Virus record (IMG/VR): IMGVR_UViG_3300048861_000121
Location: 1 to 25,186 of that record
Origin: a virus
Lineage: Duplodnaviria; Caudoviricetes
Length of the DNA: 25,186 bases
Reading direction: 5' to 3' (one strand)
Within the stretch, counting starts at the first letter, position 1. Every line of letters begins with the position of its first letter. Below, one piece after another: positions 24,813-25,186 of this stretch. Under the pieces are notes generated by a model, which did not search any database, was not told the DNA's origin, and saw only the letters and a program-made list of their open reading frames with translations. The translations under genes were made by a program, and so were the position numbers.

Positions 24813-24846
24813 GTTCGCTAAACGAATCGATGTTCGCACAGCGAAC
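24813..24846. promoter_or_regulatory. Two PcaR-type operator palindromes
   Basis: GTTCGCTAAACGAAT (24813-24827) and GTTCGCACAGCGAAC (24832-24846), of the GTTCG-N5-CGAAC form. Confidence 0.75.
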
Positions 24847-24951
24847 TTAAAAATGCAAGCGATGCCGGTCGGAATCAAGTTACCCGGCGCGCTTTGATTC
24901 AGTTGCAATGCGGCTTCGATGCATTCAGCACTCGTCAAAGGAAGAGACGGC

Positions 24952-25186
24952 ATGATCAACAAGATTTTCGACTCGCTGAGTTCAGCGGTGAAAGACGTTA
25001 AGGACGGCGCGACCGTGATGATCGGTGGGTTCGGCACGGCGGGCATGCCGTCGGAGCTGATCGACGCGCTGATCGAGCAGGGCGCGCGCGAACTGACCAT
25101 CGTGAACAACAATGCGGGCAATGGTGAAACGGGCCTCGCGGCGCTGTTGAAAGCGAAACGCGTGCGCAAGATCATCTGCTCGTTTC
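24952..25186 (+). CDS. pcaI: 3-oxoadipate CoA-transferase subunit A (partial)
   Basis: MINKIFDSLSSAVKDVKDGATVMIGGFGTAGMPSELIDALIEQGARELTIVNNNAGNGETGLAALLKAKRVRKIICSF. Confidence 0.93.
   Translation, partial: MINKIFDSLSSAVKDVKDGATVMIGGFGTAGMPSELIDALIEQGARELTIVNNNAGNGETGLAALLKAKRVRKIICSF

Noticed and set aside
24774-25175. 133-aa minus-strand ORF
   Set aside because: Antisense to the clearly recognisable pcaI start and its promoter region

Overview
About 21.2 kb of this window (1 to ~21207) is one end of a lambdoid temperate prophage in a high-GC Burkholderiaceae-like host, integrated at tRNA-Pro(GGG); the host assignment is inferred from gene content. The minus-strand arm runs cro, cII-like, HTH, replication initiator, small ORFs, rusA, an anti-CBASS Acb2 homologue, terS and terL. 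The immunity region holds cI with 17-bp TACAAC-N5-GTTGTA-like operators and a cI-coupled secreted protein. The plus-strand early arm carries micro-ORFs, a pair of secreted proteins separated by a strong hairpin, small membrane peptides, KTSC, Bet, an exonuclease, HNH, a plasmid-type long ParB, an ASCH-like protein, a DUF4224-type excisionase and a tyrosine integrase. Host DNA beyond the tRNA carries two LysR genes, an IclR/PcaR gene and the start of pcaI. The best candidate for an undescribed system is the secreted two-gene module at 9309-10312: a Gly/Ser/Thr-rich beta-repeat protein resembling an amyloid or fibre subunit, plus a 4-Cys partner. Other notable features are the Acb2 homologue with a diverged C-terminal helix, a degenerate HNH zinc finger nested among GTGAC repeats in the initiator, a hidden 21-bp-phased repeat array, and a WPFP tail shared by two unrelated proteins. 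All family assignments come from motif recognition by eye; no database search was run.
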